In this document: one piece after another, positions 36,633 to 46,618 of the stretch
How positions within the stretch are numbered: position 1 is the stretch's first letter
Layout: every line of letters starts with the position of its first letter
DNA from: a virus
Length of the DNA stretch: 64,000 nt
Virus record (IMG/VR): IMGVR_UViG_3300045988_107814
Span: 1 to 64,000 of that record
Reading direction: 5' to 3' (one strand)
Notes under the pieces: generated by a model
What the model was told of the DNA's origin: nothing
What the model saw: the letters and a program-made list of their open reading frames with translations, nothing else
The model's database searches: none
Program-made: the position numbers and the translations under genes

Positions 36633-36635
36633 TAT

Positions 36636-37415
36636 TTAAACACAATACATTATAGGTTGATTTTCATTTGCAGGATTTACATATCCTTCTTTGAGTTCAT
36701 TAATAAAATCATCTCTTCTATTTGCCCAGTTTTCTATATATCCTAATTTTAAATCTACTCCAGCAAATACAGTTTCAAGTCCATCATAATGTTGCAGATA
36801 AGCAACTAAGAAATTTGCCACATCAGCTGTAGCAAGGTTCTCAAAAAGACCCATCTGGGTAGGCGGGATCGTAGATAGATTAGAAGGATGAGTTACAAAG
36901 ATATCTAATGGAATTTCGCCTAAACCACCAGTGATATCACCATGAGTAGCACTTTGTAATCTTACCATATTTGGAAACTTAAAGTCTACGAATATACTGT
37001 TATTGAATACAGATGTCAAGTCAGCACGAGCTTGTAATAACATAACATCATCCATAGAGTAATTGTTATATGCAGACATATAATCATAATATCCAATACC
37101 AGATTGCTGTACCATACCACCATCATTCTGTCCATATACATCCCAAGCAATATCTCTAACACCAAGGATTTCTGCACCACCAAGCATATCTGTATTAATT
37201 ACATAATATTCTCCTCGTTTGTTATTCTTATCTCTAGTGTCAATTTTTATTCTAACCATATGTGGAATATATCTAGAAAAAGTAAGTAATGTATCAGGAA
37301 TAATAGTCTCATCTACCCATTTATCTTTAGCAATATCTTCAGGTAGCATTAAAGGTTTTGTTCCCAATCTACGTTCAATTTTATTAAGAAGTATATTCAT
37401 CTTATTAAAAGCCAT
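36636..37415 (-). CDS. hypothetical protein, likely virion/late protein
   Basis: Start at ATG 37415 after AAGGAG; the track start is a TTG. Promoter-like AACA motif 20 nt upstream and a strong terminator downstream. Confidence 0.65.
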   Translation of the reverse strand: MAFNKMNILLNKIERRLGTKPLMLPEDIAKDKWVDETIIPDTLLTFSRYIPHMVRIKIDTRDKNNKRGEYYVINTDMLGGAEILGVRDIAWDVYGQNDGGMVQQSGIGYYDYMSAYNNYSMDDVMLLQARADLTSVFNNSIFVDFKFPNMVRLQSATHGDITGGLGEIPLDIFVTHPSNLSTIPPTQMGLFENLATADVANFLVAYLQHYDGLETVFAGVDLKLGYIENWANRRDDFINELKEGYVNPANENQPIMYCV

Positions 37416-37434
37416 AATAAACAACTCCTTTCAT

Positions 37435-37446
37435 TATATTAATGTT
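37435..37446 (-). promoter_or_regulatory. AACA-N6-TA promoter-like motif
   Basis: Minus strand reads AACATTAATATA; 20 nt upstream of ATG 37415. Confidence 0.45.
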
Positions 37447-37460
37447 AAAGTCAAAAAATA

Positions 37461-37483
37461 AAGGCGGATTTTAACCCGCCCTT
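37461..37483 (-). terminator. intrinsic terminator
   Basis: GGCGG-(8 nt)-CCGCC core, followed on the minus strand by TTTATTTTTTG. Confidence 0.6.
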
Positions 37484-37525
37484 ATTCTCCATATTAGTGC
37501 TCAGATTTCAAATCTTTTTGACAAT

Positions 37526-38557
37526 TTAAATTCCTCTAATATTGTCTAAGAATTTCTTTCTCTTAGCTTCAAATCTCTGTTTTAATTTCTCATCATCAAG
37601 CAGATTATTATCAATTTCTTTGTAGTGATCTTCAAATGCCTGTTGTTGTAATTTCTCATTAGTAAGTGGATTATATAATGGCATGAAGTTGTATTCATAT
37701 GAAAGATTTCTTACCATTACATCTTTTACAGCACTTTTATATACAGATTCGAGATTTTTATAAATTTCTTTCAGAGTATGCTCTCTTTTAGATTTGAGAG
37801 CATCCTTCATGATATAAAAGCAGTTATCAAAAACAGATTTATATGTTTCAATAGAAGGATCTTGATATGTTGATTTAATAAGTTTGGTTACAAATCCACC
37901 AAAACAGAAAGATTCATTATCAATATTATATAAATAATCTGAATTACAACTAAAGCCCTCTGTGAAATAGATATATCTGATTCTGTCAAACTCCTTTCGT
38001 TCAAGGCATCTAGATCCGAAAATAGTTTCAAATACTACCAGACATTTATTATTATTTTTATTATAATTGTCTGTAATATAATCATCGAACAATTTTCTCA
38101 ATACAGTTGAACTAGAGCATACGCCATCATATGAATTTACATATCTAATTTTTATATTTCCGGTACTGTATCTATTAAATTTACAATCATCAATATTAAT
38201 AGATTTAATAAGTCTAATTTTGTAATCATAACTATATAGAACGTTAATATATTCGTCTGAATATAAGAAACTAAGTTTTCTGCCATCTTTAACTGTATCA
38301 TCTCTAAAATCTTCCACACCGTCCTCTCTATAAGGTAAAGTATTATCAATAATTTTACCATTTGTATCGAGGAAGTAGAATGTTTTGTTTCTTTCCATTG
38401 AAAGCTTTTTATAGATGGACTTTAAATCCATATCATCTTTAATTCCATATGCCGACATAACGGCATTCATAATTCCATTAAAGATTCTTCTTGTTCTTTC
38501 GTTTCTCTTTTTCGTGTTCATATCAAACTCCATTCTATGTTTTAATGTCTTTACCAT
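37526..38557 (-). CDS. hypothetical protein
   Basis: 343-aa ORF. Start uncertain: an internal ATG 12 codons in has a better GGAG. Confidence 0.6.
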   Translation of the reverse strand: MVKTLKHRMEFDMNTKKRNERTRRIFNGIMNAVMSAYGIKDDMDLKSIYKKLSMERNKTFYFLDTNGKIIDNTLPYREDGVEDFRDDTVKDGRKLSFLYSDEYINVLYSYDYKIRLIKSINIDDCKFNRYSTGNIKIRYVNSYDGVCSSSTVLRKLFDDYITDNYNKNNNKCLVVFETIFGSRCLERKEFDRIRYIYFTEGFSCNSDYLYNIDNESFCFGGFVTKLIKSTYQDPSIETYKSVFDNCFYIMKDALKSKREHTLKEIYKNLESVYKSAVKDVMVRNLSYEYNFMPLYNPLTNEKLQQQAFEDHYKEIDNNLLDDEKLKQRFEAKRKKFLDNIRGI

Positions 38558-38589
38558 CTGACATATTGTAGATTTATTTAGTGATATTT

Positions 38590-39186
38590 TCAGGATATTA
38601 CAACTTCCTGTGCAGTGATGTCAATTACATTAGAATCTTTCAATTCAACATGAAGCGTAAGCTCAATAGAATTTTCAGATAATCTTTCTGCTGTAAGCCA
38701 ATAACTTGTATATCCGTTTTTTCCAAAATAACGATCGATTAGATTTTTGATTTTGTTATTTTGATCCAAAAGACTAATTTCATTTGGCTTATATGATCTA
38801 AATTCTTTTGTCATCAGTTTAGTTTTTGCATCAATATCTCCGATGAACGGACGATTTTCAAGAATTGAATTGATCTCTTCTGTTTCTCTTTTAAGTTTTT
38901 CCAAATTCTTTTGATATTGGTAAACTTTAAGAGACTTGATATTATACTTCTCAATACAACCATCAATATTGATATTAACACTATTAGTACAAAACTCAAT
39001 ATGTACTGTCTTATTCACCGTGTTTTCTTTATACACAATGAACATCATTGCTTCGCTTGCAGAGTCAAACATATATGTTATAACCCCGCAGGTCAACATT
39101 ACTTGTTCACTGCCAAAAATATTATTGATCCTTTTCATAGCAGTGATTGCTTCGGTTTCCTTTGTGATTTTAATAACTTCGTTCAT
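38590..39186 (-). CDS. hypothetical protein
   Basis: Start at ATG 39186 after GGAGGAAAATCAA. Confidence 0.65.
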   Translation of the reverse strand: MNEVIKITKETEAITAMKRINNIFGSEQVMLTCGVITYMFDSASEAMMFIVYKENTVNKTVHIEFCTNSVNINIDGCIEKYNIKSLKVYQYQKNLEKLKRETEEINSILENRPFIGDIDAKTKLMTKEFRSYKPNEISLLDQNNKIKNLIDRYFGKNGYTSYWLTAERLSENSIELTLHVELKDSNVIDITAQEVVIS

Positions 39187-39275
39187 TTGATTTTCCTCCA
39201 AATAATTTTAATATAGTATAGATATCAGATTATCTAATATCTACATACATAATATATAATTATAAAAATAATTAT

Positions 39276-39303
39276 TGACAGGGTAGATTTAACTACCCTG
39301 TCA
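39276..39303 (-). terminator. intrinsic terminator
   Basis: TGACAGGGTAG-(6 nt)-CTACCCTGTCA. Confidence 0.75.
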
Positions 39304-39307
39304 AATT

Positions 39308-39604
39308 TTATTGAATTATCTTGATTATTAGTTTATTATCATTATCTGGTATAATGGTTAGTACTTTATATCTACAACCATAAATAACGACATCTTGTTC
39401 TCTTGGTAAAGAATTAATTATATCTTGTCTAGAAACATTTTTAATATCATATTCAACACATGTTCCTTCAGTACATGCACTAATAGAATAAGATGAATCT
39501 TTTAATAGAGAATATAATATCATATTCTGATTGATATAATTAATGACATAATCGACGAGGTTAATACCAGATATATTTTTAGTAAAACTTAGTATATCTT
39601 CCAT
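39308..39604 (-). CDS. hypothetical protein (98 aa)
   Basis: The ATG overlaps the stop of the upstream small ORF (TAATG); terminator directly downstream. Confidence 0.65.
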   Translation of the reverse strand: MEDILSFTKNISGINLVDYVINYINQNMILYSLLKDSSYSISACTEGTCVEYDIKNVSRQDIINSLPREQDVVIYGCRYKVLTIIPDNDNKLIIKIIQ

Positions 39605-39759
39605 TATGGTATTAATCCTCCTTCTTCTATTGCTTCTTCTACTGCATCTTCGACTGCATCAGCCTGAGCCTCTTTCTTACCTTCTTCAGATTTCATTTTC
39701 TCAAATGCTATTGTATATAAAATCTGAAACATTGCACACGACATATTATATAATTCCAT
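39604..39759 (-). CDS. small hypothetical protein (51 aa), not in ORF track
   Basis: Translation is MELYNMSCAMFQILYTIAFEKMKSEEGKKEAQADAVEDAVEEAIEEGGLIP. AAAGGAAG lies about 10 nt upstream. The stop overlaps the next ATG, suggesting translational coupling, and the ORF fills an otherwise empty 200-nt gap. Confidence 0.45.
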   Translation of the reverse strand: MELYNMSCAMFQILYTIAFEKMKSEEGKKEAQADAVEDAVEEAIEEGGLIP

Positions 39760-39806
39760 TAGAGAGATTCTTCCTTTATAATAAGTAGAAACTTGCTCTA
39801 TTCTCC

Positions 39807-41495
39807 TTATATCTTTTTCATAAGACCCAGTTGATGACGAGTAAAAAGCATGTTGTCAGGATTAATTTCTTGCTCGTCAATCTTCTTACCACATTTAGGA
39901 CATCTACGTTCAGGATATACATATGTCACATCTCTAATTAATTCACCATCATCATCTAACTTACCACCATCATACTTATCAGTTTCAACAGATAGAGCCA
40001 TCAACTGGTCAGATGTTAGAGACTTAAGGATAGTATCAAATGTCTTAATACGACGCTTATAAGTTAGAGACTTATCTGTAGCTACTGGCTTTGTGTCAAT
40101 AGGAATTAGTTCATTATTAGCATAATCAATCTTATAAATAGCATCGATATAAGATAGAAGTAATAGACGATCTTCATACTTAGCATTGAAATCTTGATTT
40201 ACAAGAGTTGGCTCAATATAAGTATTATATAGAGATGGAACCTTTAGTGCAAATACATAATCGTCAGATGCTTGATATAGAGATACTTCATATTCAGAAT
40301 TTACAGAATCAGTATTTCCTTCATGTAGAATCTTCATATACTCATCCTTAATACTATCATCTCTAAACTTTAGCATAGAATGAATTGGTACTGGTTCCAT
40401 AAATACATTATTACATTCAGTATCAGAACAAGAGAATGTGATAATGTTAGATAAACCGAATGTAGCCTTATATGCTGTAAACATGTAGTCATCAATTACA
40501 GTATTAGGTGTAATCATAGCCCAAGCTTCGAAAGACTTCGGTTTGTTAGCATCTACAATATGATCATAAATAAGCTTTAGCTTATTTTCGATATATTTAT
40601 TATAATTGCCGCTTCTTAGTCTACTAGGATCAATAGACTGAATTTCCATAGGCTTCCAAGCAGACATTCTTACAGCACGCTTCTGAGAGAATAGAACTCC
40701 GTCAGCACACTCAATAGCCTTTGTCTTGATATCATTAATTACCTTTGCAGCATTAATAGGTTTTTTAGAAATCTTGAAAGAACCAAGGTTGATCTTCTTG
40801 TCTACAGGAACAAAGTTTTTATTCACTTCTTCTCTGATAATAGCCTTAACCTTTTCTGTCTTAACCTTCTCGTCTTCCTCTTCCTTTTTATCTTCATCTT
40901 CAGAAGATTCATCTTCATCTAGATACTTTAGATCATCATCTTCGATTCCATCAAATAGATGCTCATCTTCATCATAAACAGACTCATCTTCTACCATTAC
41001 AATATTCTCAGACTTAGTACCAGCTACAGGAGCAGACACTTCAACGGTCTTTTCAATCTTAACAGGCTTCTCTTCTACTACAGGAGCTGGAGATGGTTTA
41101 ACCGTCTGTGTAGTTTCTGTTGGTTCTTCATCAAACTTATGAACTAGTACCGTATTAGAAGTTGTAGAATTAAGAGTTTCGTCAATAGTATCGATATCTG
41201 TATTATCAGAATTAATAGCTTCTTCGATTCTCTGTTCTTCACCCTTCTCATAAGTTTCATTTGTTTCTACTTGAAGTCTACTAATGGTATCATCTATACC
41301 AAGAAACGCCTTATCCAACATTGGGTTTCCAGTACCCTCAACTACATTAGGTGTACTTGGTATAACCACTTCTTTAATATTAGCTTCAGTTGCAGAAGAT
41401 GTATCTAGCTTTGGTTTTACAGGCATTCCAACTGGCGTTGCAGTAGGAACAGCTCCACTAGAAAGATCAGATAGAGTTACATTTTCATTACTCAT
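39807..41495 (-). CDS. hypothetical protein with acidic centre and C-terminal CxxC pair (possible virion/baseplate-associated)
   Basis: 562 aa; an E/D/K-rich low-complexity segment; ...YPERRCPKCGKKIDEQE near the C-terminus. It lies downstream of the gp25-like gene in the same operon. Confidence 0.55.
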   Translation of the reverse strand: MSNENVTLSDLSSGAVPTATPVGMPVKPKLDTSSATEANIKEVVIPSTPNVVEGTGNPMLDKAFLGIDDTISRLQVETNETYEKGEEQRIEEAINSDNTDIDTIDETLNSTTSNTVLVHKFDEEPTETTQTVKPSPAPVVEEKPVKIEKTVEVSAPVAGTKSENIVMVEDESVYDEDEHLFDGIEDDDLKYLDEDESSEDEDKKEEEDEKVKTEKVKAIIREEVNKNFVPVDKKINLGSFKISKKPINAAKVINDIKTKAIECADGVLFSQKRAVRMSAWKPMEIQSIDPSRLRSGNYNKYIENKLKLIYDHIVDANKPKSFEAWAMITPNTVIDDYMFTAYKATFGLSNIITFSCSDTECNNVFMEPVPIHSMLKFRDDSIKDEYMKILHEGNTDSVNSEYEVSLYQASDDYVFALKVPSLYNTYIEPTLVNQDFNAKYEDRLLLLSYIDAIYKIDYANNELIPIDTKPVATDKSLTYKRRIKTFDTILKSLTSDQLMALSVETDKYDGGKLDDDGELIRDVTYVYPERRCPKCGKKIDEQEINPDNMLFTRHQLGLMKKI

Positions 41496-41508
41496 GTTTG
41501 TTTCCTCC

Positions 41509-41928
41509 TTATTTGAAATCAGCTAAAGATGCTGTTTTTTGCAATACTTCACCAGTTTCAGTATTGATAGGTAAGTATGCATTTAATTCTTCTGATGTAA
41601 TATAAATTCTGATAACTTTTTTGTCACCAGTTTCATCATCTCCAAGAACACATCTTACATCTGTTAATGTAAATTGCGGGAGATAAGTCATGATTTGTTC
41701 TTTAATAGTATTAGATAACTTTCCCATATCTACATCCATTGAATATCTAAATCTAGATACTAACCCTACACCCATGTCTGGATGTGTTTGAAAAGTACCA
41801 GGTTCTAATAAAATAAGTCTGATAAGCATAAGTGTTTTATAATCATCACCTTCTGCTACTAAAGGCTTATAGTATTTATCAACAGATAATAGAGGTTCTG
41901 TATTATCTACTTCAATAGACAATGACAT
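41509..41928 (-). CDS. baseplate wedge protein, GpW/gp25-like
   Basis: 139 aa. LLEPGTFQTHPDMGVGLVSRFRY resembles the conserved T.PGE...P.FG..L core of the gp25/GpW family. Confidence 0.55.
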   Translation of the reverse strand: MSLSIEVDNTEPLLSVDKYYKPLVAEGDDYKTLMLIRLILLEPGTFQTHPDMGVGLVSRFRYSMDVDMGKLSNTIKEQIMTYLPQFTLTDVRCVLGDDETGDKKVIRIYITSEELNAYLPINTETGEVLQKTASLADFK

Positions 41929-41950
41929 GTAATTACCTCCTTTAAAATAT

Positions 41951-41962
41951 TATAATATTGTT
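41951..41962 (-). promoter_or_regulatory. AACA-N6-TA promoter-like motif upstream of gp25-like gene
   Basis: Minus strand reads AACAATATTATA. Confidence 0.45.
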
Positions 41963-41970
41963 TTAGATAT

Positions 41971-41987
41971 AAAAAATAAACGAAAAA
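41971..41987 (-). repeat. 17-mer AAAAAATAAACGAAAAA, copy 2
   Basis: See copy 1. Confidence 0.7.
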
Positions 41988-41989
41988 GA

Positions 41990-42012
41990 AAACCTCGCTT
42001 TTAACGAGGTTT
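41990..42012 (-). terminator. intrinsic terminator after MYG1-like gene
   Basis: AAACCTCG-(7 nt)-CGAGGTTT followed on the minus strand by TCTTTTTCGTTTATTTTTT. Confidence 0.75.
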
Positions 42013-42047
42013 CCTTGTTGTTCCGATTTAAAATAAGTTATATCTAA

Positions 42048-42980
42048 TTATTTCTTCTTGCTGTCTTCGTAGATCTTATTTACAATTTCAATAGCTCTTT
42101 CCTTTGTATCGGAAGAGCCCATGAAGCAAGAATGATGCAAGAAGTTTACTCCATCCCAATTTCTTACCTCTTCAGGAATATCTACAATATGATCATTCAT
42201 CTCTCCACCAATAGGAGTAATAGTTCTAAATACATATCCACCTCTTACATTAGGATAGATATAGAACGGTACTCCTTCTCTAGCACAAATGTTAAGAATA
42301 GAAGGGACATATGAATGAGAATATGCATAAATACCCTTATTGTATTTCTTAGCGTGTTCTACGATATATTCTGCTACCTTTGATTCTGCTGCTTTACGTC
42401 TACAAGTACTAATAATATTAGTAAAGAAGATACTGAAAATTGTAACAGCAAGGTTAAATTCCTTTTCATTATCTGACTTAGAATTTGCAAACGTATTCAG
42501 ATTTGAAATTGCATATGAAAGAGGATTATATCCAAATCCATTATCATTATCATCAATATATTTGATAAAGGAATTGTATATAGAATCTACATACTCATCC
42601 TTTACAAACAGATGTCCGATTTCTTTCCAAATAAGACCTACAGAAGAATACTTTCTTTTTACACCATCAGAATCTTCTCTGATACAATGAGCATCATTAG
42701 GATGATGCTGATGATGGTCATACATTCCCATACCAACATCATAGATTACACAGTTAGGTGTGTCATCGGTGTAACCCATTTTTGCAGGGTCAAATGTCTT
42801 TACTACCTTTACGTTCTTGAACTTATAAACATCCTGAAACAAAAACTTGAGAAGTGCAGTTGCTGCTACTTCGTCTGCATGAAATACAGGCTTACTACAA
42901 TGAGTAACCAAAGTAATTTCTGTTGTTTCATCAACAGTTTTAAAATCTTTGTTCTTAATAATGTCCATGATTTTTGCCAT
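42048..42980 (-). CDS. MYG1/UPF0160-family metal-dependent phosphoesterase/exonuclease-like protein
   Basis: LVTHCSKPVFHADEVAATALLKF matches GTH.G.FH.DE..A...L, and VIYDVGMGMYDHHQHH matches DVGG.YD....DHHQ. Both are hallmarks of the MYG1 family. Confidence 0.6.
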   Translation of the reverse strand: MAKIMDIIKNKDFKTVDETTEITLVTHCSKPVFHADEVAATALLKFLFQDVYKFKNVKVVKTFDPAKMGYTDDTPNCVIYDVGMGMYDHHQHHPNDAHCIREDSDGVKRKYSSVGLIWKEIGHLFVKDEYVDSIYNSFIKYIDDNDNGFGYNPLSYAISNLNTFANSKSDNEKEFNLAVTIFSIFFTNIISTCRRKAAESKVAEYIVEHAKKYNKGIYAYSHSYVPSILNICAREGVPFYIYPNVRGGYVFRTITPIGGEMNDHIVDIPEEVRNWDGVNFLHHSCFMGSSDTKERAIEIVNKIYEDSKKK

Positions 42981-43107
42981 TTTAAATGACCTCCTGAAAA
43001 TTAATTTTATTTTGATATGTACTATTTATGTCCATATCATATAAATAATATATGTATAAATTAGTTTTTACAGTATTAAAAACTTAACTATAAATACATC
43101 CATCATA

Positions 43108-43119
43108 AACACGAATTTA
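43108..43119 (+). promoter_or_regulatory. AACA-N6-TA promoter-like motif
   Basis: AACACGAATTTA immediately precedes the SD of gene 43131. Confidence 0.35.
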
Positions 43120-43130
43120 GGAGGAAATAT

Positions 43131-43919
43131 ATGGCAAAGCTTAAATATACTTTTGATGATTATATAAGGAATCCATCTGGTAAAGGTAGTGCTGTTGTAG
43201 CTACTGTAAATCTAGATCAATACCAAAAGGAATTATTATCTCTTGAAGGTAAGAATGGTAAAGCTTCTTATATTGTATATAGACAAAACAATATTGGTGG
43301 TAAACTTACTTACTTCATTCACTTTAAAATTCCTTCATCTACAAAAGGTTTCTTTAATGATGTAGTAATTGAGTTGGATGCTAATCAAGATGATACTACA
43401 ACTACAAAGACCGTAAAAGCATATAAAGTTAAATTCTTTTCTAACGATAGTAACTTTGTTTATACATATGCTTATTCATATAAATCTCATGGTGTACTTA
43501 TTACTGAACTGGAAAAACTTCTACCGTTTAGATGTATTACATCTAAACCTGTAATGCGTAATCCTGATAATGCTATGGGTTATAATAAAGATATTGTATT
43601 TGCATATATCGTAATGACCAGAGATGATCTATTTACAAAAGAGAATCTTAATAGAAATTGCAAAAATTCTGGTATTAATACTATCAGAAATTCTATTGAT
43701 AATTATGATAAGAAGGTTCGGGAACGTAGTAAAATTACACAAGAATTAAGACAAGCGAGTACAAAAGAAAAGCAAATACCAAAGACTGGGAAAGTGATTA
43801 AATCCAAGAATCTTCTAGGTTCTGATAAAACACAATCTCCAGCAAAATTAACCAAAACAGTTAAGTCTGTTATGAAATCGTCTGTCGTTTCTAGAGTTAA
43901 AAAATCTAAAAAGCGATAA
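43131..43919 (+). CDS. hypothetical protein with Lys/Ser-rich C-terminal tail (possible nucleic-acid binding)
   Basis: Good SD. The C-terminal 70 aa are strongly basic (…KTGKVIKSKNLLGSDKTQSPAKLTKTVKSVMKSSVVSRVKKSKKR). Confidence 0.65.
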   Translation: MAKLKYTFDDYIRNPSGKGSAVVATVNLDQYQKELLSLEGKNGKASYIVYRQNNIGGKLTYFIHFKIPSSTKGFFNDVVIELDANQDDTTTTKTVKAYKVKFFSNDSNFVYTYAYSYKSHGVLITELEKLLPFRCITSKPVMRNPDNAMGYNKDIVFAYIVMTRDDLFTKENLNRNCKNSGINTIRNSIDNYDKKVRERSKITQELRQASTKEKQIPKTGKVIKSKNLLGSDKTQSPAKLTKTVKSVMKSSVVSRVKKSKKR

Positions 43920-43986
43920 GATTGTATATTATACTTGTGTATAAAAAGAAAAGTTTATATAATATTTTTACAGGAGGCATGTACAA

Positions 43987-45618
43987 ATGGATATATTTGA
44001 ATATTGTCATAGTGAAATCTATTGGTGTGAAGTTGATAAATGGATACCATTAATAGGAGAAAATATTTTTACCAATGTGAAGAATGCAATTATTCTTCCT
44101 GTATCGTCATTTTTCGGTATGACGAAATCTAATGTATTAGATACGTTTTTCTTATTACCGAAGAGATGCTATAATTCAGATGAAATAAGAAATCATATCT
44201 GTAAATATCTAAACTATTTCGAAAAATTTTATGATCATGAGCATGAACTTTTGTTCTATATGTATAAGATCAAAGTATCTATTGATATGGGTGTGTATGA
44301 TAATGCTGTTGATAATGGTGTTATTATTGATGGCATAGATAATGAGAATACACCACCTAAAATTAAAGCATTCTTATATGATATCAAAACTTATATCTTG
44401 TCCGAATCAATCTACAATAAAGTATGGAGAATGGTTGAGGATAACTATAACCTTGAATTGAATTATAAGAATAAAGCTAACGAAGCACTTCAATATTGTG
44501 ATCGACATGGTAAGTATTTTATGGAGATTAGTATCTTCCAGAATATGCTAATTCCATTGTTGATGCATTTTATGTACAAAGATGATAAGTTAAAGAATGC
44601 GACTGAAATTATGAACGGACTTATCTTCAATGTATACAACTGGTTATTCGACGTTTATAGTAATGAAGCTATAATGGTTAAACGTGGATTAAGACCAGCA
44701 GATATGTTTCAGAAACTATATGAAACTGCAATCACCACAATGAACGCTCATTATAAAACTAATAGAACATTGTGGGATATGTCTAGTATTCGTGGCTATT
44801 GCCCAAATATTAATGCACATGATGCAATTAATACAGTAATAATGCAGGTAATGCCAAAATACACCTTTGAGGGAAACGTTATTACATACAATATAACTTC
44901 TATCAGAAACAATATCAAATATAATATTTCCGATATAAGCTTTGAGTATGATTTCGTTTCTCTAAGTTCCTCAAAACGAGATGGTGAAGATAACACATCT
45001 CAATTTGATAAATTTGAAGCTCATCTACAAAAGACAGATGAGGGCTTGGCTCTACAGAATGATTTCAGAGCTAGAAAAACAATTGAAGATATTTTACAAG
45101 TTAACGGTGATATTCCTCAGAGTGAAATAGATTTTTATAGAAAAGAACTCATTAAGAATGGTCAACCGTTAATCAATAGATTCCAACAGAATCTTGTTGA
45201 TAATGTATTTTATAAATATTTTGGAGATACTGTTTCTACTAACAGTATTAATGGTGACGATTATATTAAGTTGATGATTATTGCCAAAAAACTATTACTA
45301 AGACAAGGAATGATTCTATTACCATATATAGTCGCTAGCAAGGTAGTAAAAATCTCTACTAGAACTTCTCTTTGTAAGAAAGAACTTATGAAGATGGAGC
45401 AGTCTGAGCACTATAATACACTCATGAAAAAATATAATGGTAATAAAAAGGTCATGAATATATTATTTTCGCTAATCGCAACCACGTTATCTAGTAACTT
45501 CAAGATCATTGATTATGATGAAAAGAATAATGTACCAACAGAACTCAATGGTATTGAAGTGCAAATGGAGAATGATATTATAATTGACGAAATGTTAAGA
45601 TTCGTCATTATGATATAA
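43987..45618 (+). CDS. hypothetical protein
   Basis: 543-aa ORF with an AGGAGG SD and a terminator downstream. Confidence 0.7.
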   Translation: MDIFEYCHSEIYWCEVDKWIPLIGENIFTNVKNAIILPVSSFFGMTKSNVLDTFFLLPKRCYNSDEIRNHICKYLNYFEKFYDHEHELLFYMYKIKVSIDMGVYDNAVDNGVIIDGIDNENTPPKIKAFLYDIKTYILSESIYNKVWRMVEDNYNLELNYKNKANEALQYCDRHGKYFMEISIFQNMLIPLLMHFMYKDDKLKNATEIMNGLIFNVYNWLFDVYSNEAIMVKRGLRPADMFQKLYETAITTMNAHYKTNRTLWDMSSIRGYCPNINAHDAINTVIMQVMPKYTFEGNVITYNITSIRNNIKYNISDISFEYDFVSLSSSKRDGEDNTSQFDKFEAHLQKTDEGLALQNDFRARKTIEDILQVNGDIPQSEIDFYRKELIKNGQPLINRFQQNLVDNVFYKYFGDTVSTNSINGDDYIKLMIIAKKLLLRQGMILLPYIVASKVVKISTRTSLCKKELMKMEQSEHYNTLMKKYNGNKKVMNILFSLIATTLSSNFKIIDYDEKNNVPTELNGIEVQMENDIIIDEMLRFVIMI

Positions 45619-45623
45619 ATTTT

Positions 45624-45647
45624 GAAGGGAACTTAATTGTTCCCTTC
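45624..45647 (+). terminator. intrinsic terminator
   Basis: GAAGGGAAC-(6 nt)-GTTCCCTTC. Confidence 0.65.
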
Positions 45648-45673
45648 CTTACTTAAAATTTTGGAGGTTTATC

Positions 45674-46618
45674 ATGTTTGGAAGAAAGAAAATCGTTATA
45701 GGCAAAAACTATTTGTATGATGTAATGAACGAAACAGATATGGCAGATACAGCAACATTAGTTACAGTAATCAGCAAAAAGAAAAAAAATAAATATATGG
45801 TTATGGCTGTAAACAATTTCAAGGTATTTGAAACTGATGCCTGCTTCCTCTATCCATATACAAATCCAAAAGAAGCATCTGTTATTCGTTGCCAATATGG
45901 AACAGCAGAATTTTCAAAAAATGATATTATTACTCTTCAAGAAGCAGTTACTGTTTGTAACTTTGCTATTGAAGTATTGAATACTAACCCAGATTGTAAA
46001 ATATCTGATCTTGGTCCTGAAGATTTGCGTATAAAATCTATTGCACAGTTGATCGATTCTAAGAATAACTTTATTGATTTACAAAAGAAGTTATTACCAT
46101 ACGCTCAAATTACGGAATATAAGAATATGATTAAGAATATTCATGATAACAAGTTAGATTCGTCTAAAATTAGAAACAAGATCCAAAAGGATAGATTTAA
46201 AGAATTTCAAATTAAATTTGAAGAGGTTGTCGCTAAATATGCTAGCAAAGATATTTCGGTAAATGACTTTGTTTGTAACGCTTGTAGCGTGTTTTCTTAT
46301 AGTTTTCCTTTAGAAGTATTATATAATAAAAATAAAGTATCTTTTAATAAAAATTATTTACTACAAAGAGTAAATGAAATTATTGAAGATTTTGATAATG
46401 GATATATAGTTTTTATTATAGGAATAGATAAAAATGGAATTACTGTAAAGCCTATTTATCGTGATGATTTTAATAATTTTGAAGATCTAGTAGACTTCTT
46501 CAATTGTCTATATCCAAATATATTTGAAGATGAAGAAGGGTATGAAAAAACTAAACCTACCTATGTATTTGAAGTTATAAGAGTTAAAAACATTGAAAAA
46601 GGTGGAAATAATGTATGA
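45674..46618 (+). CDS. hypothetical protein
   Basis: 314-aa ORF with a GGAGG SD. Confidence 0.7.
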   Translation: MFGRKKIVIGKNYLYDVMNETDMADTATLVTVISKKKKNKYMVMAVNNFKVFETDACFLYPYTNPKEASVIRCQYGTAEFSKNDIITLQEAVTVCNFAIEVLNTNPDCKISDLGPEDLRIKSIAQLIDSKNNFIDLQKKLLPYAQITEYKNMIKNIHDNKLDSSKIRNKIQKDRFKEFQIKFEEVVAKYASKDISVNDFVCNACSVFSYSFPLEVLYNKNKVSFNKNYLLQRVNEIIEDFDNGYIVFIIGIDKNGITVKPIYRDDFNNFEDLVDFFNCLYPNIFEDEEGYEKTKPTYVFEVIRVKNIEKGGNNV

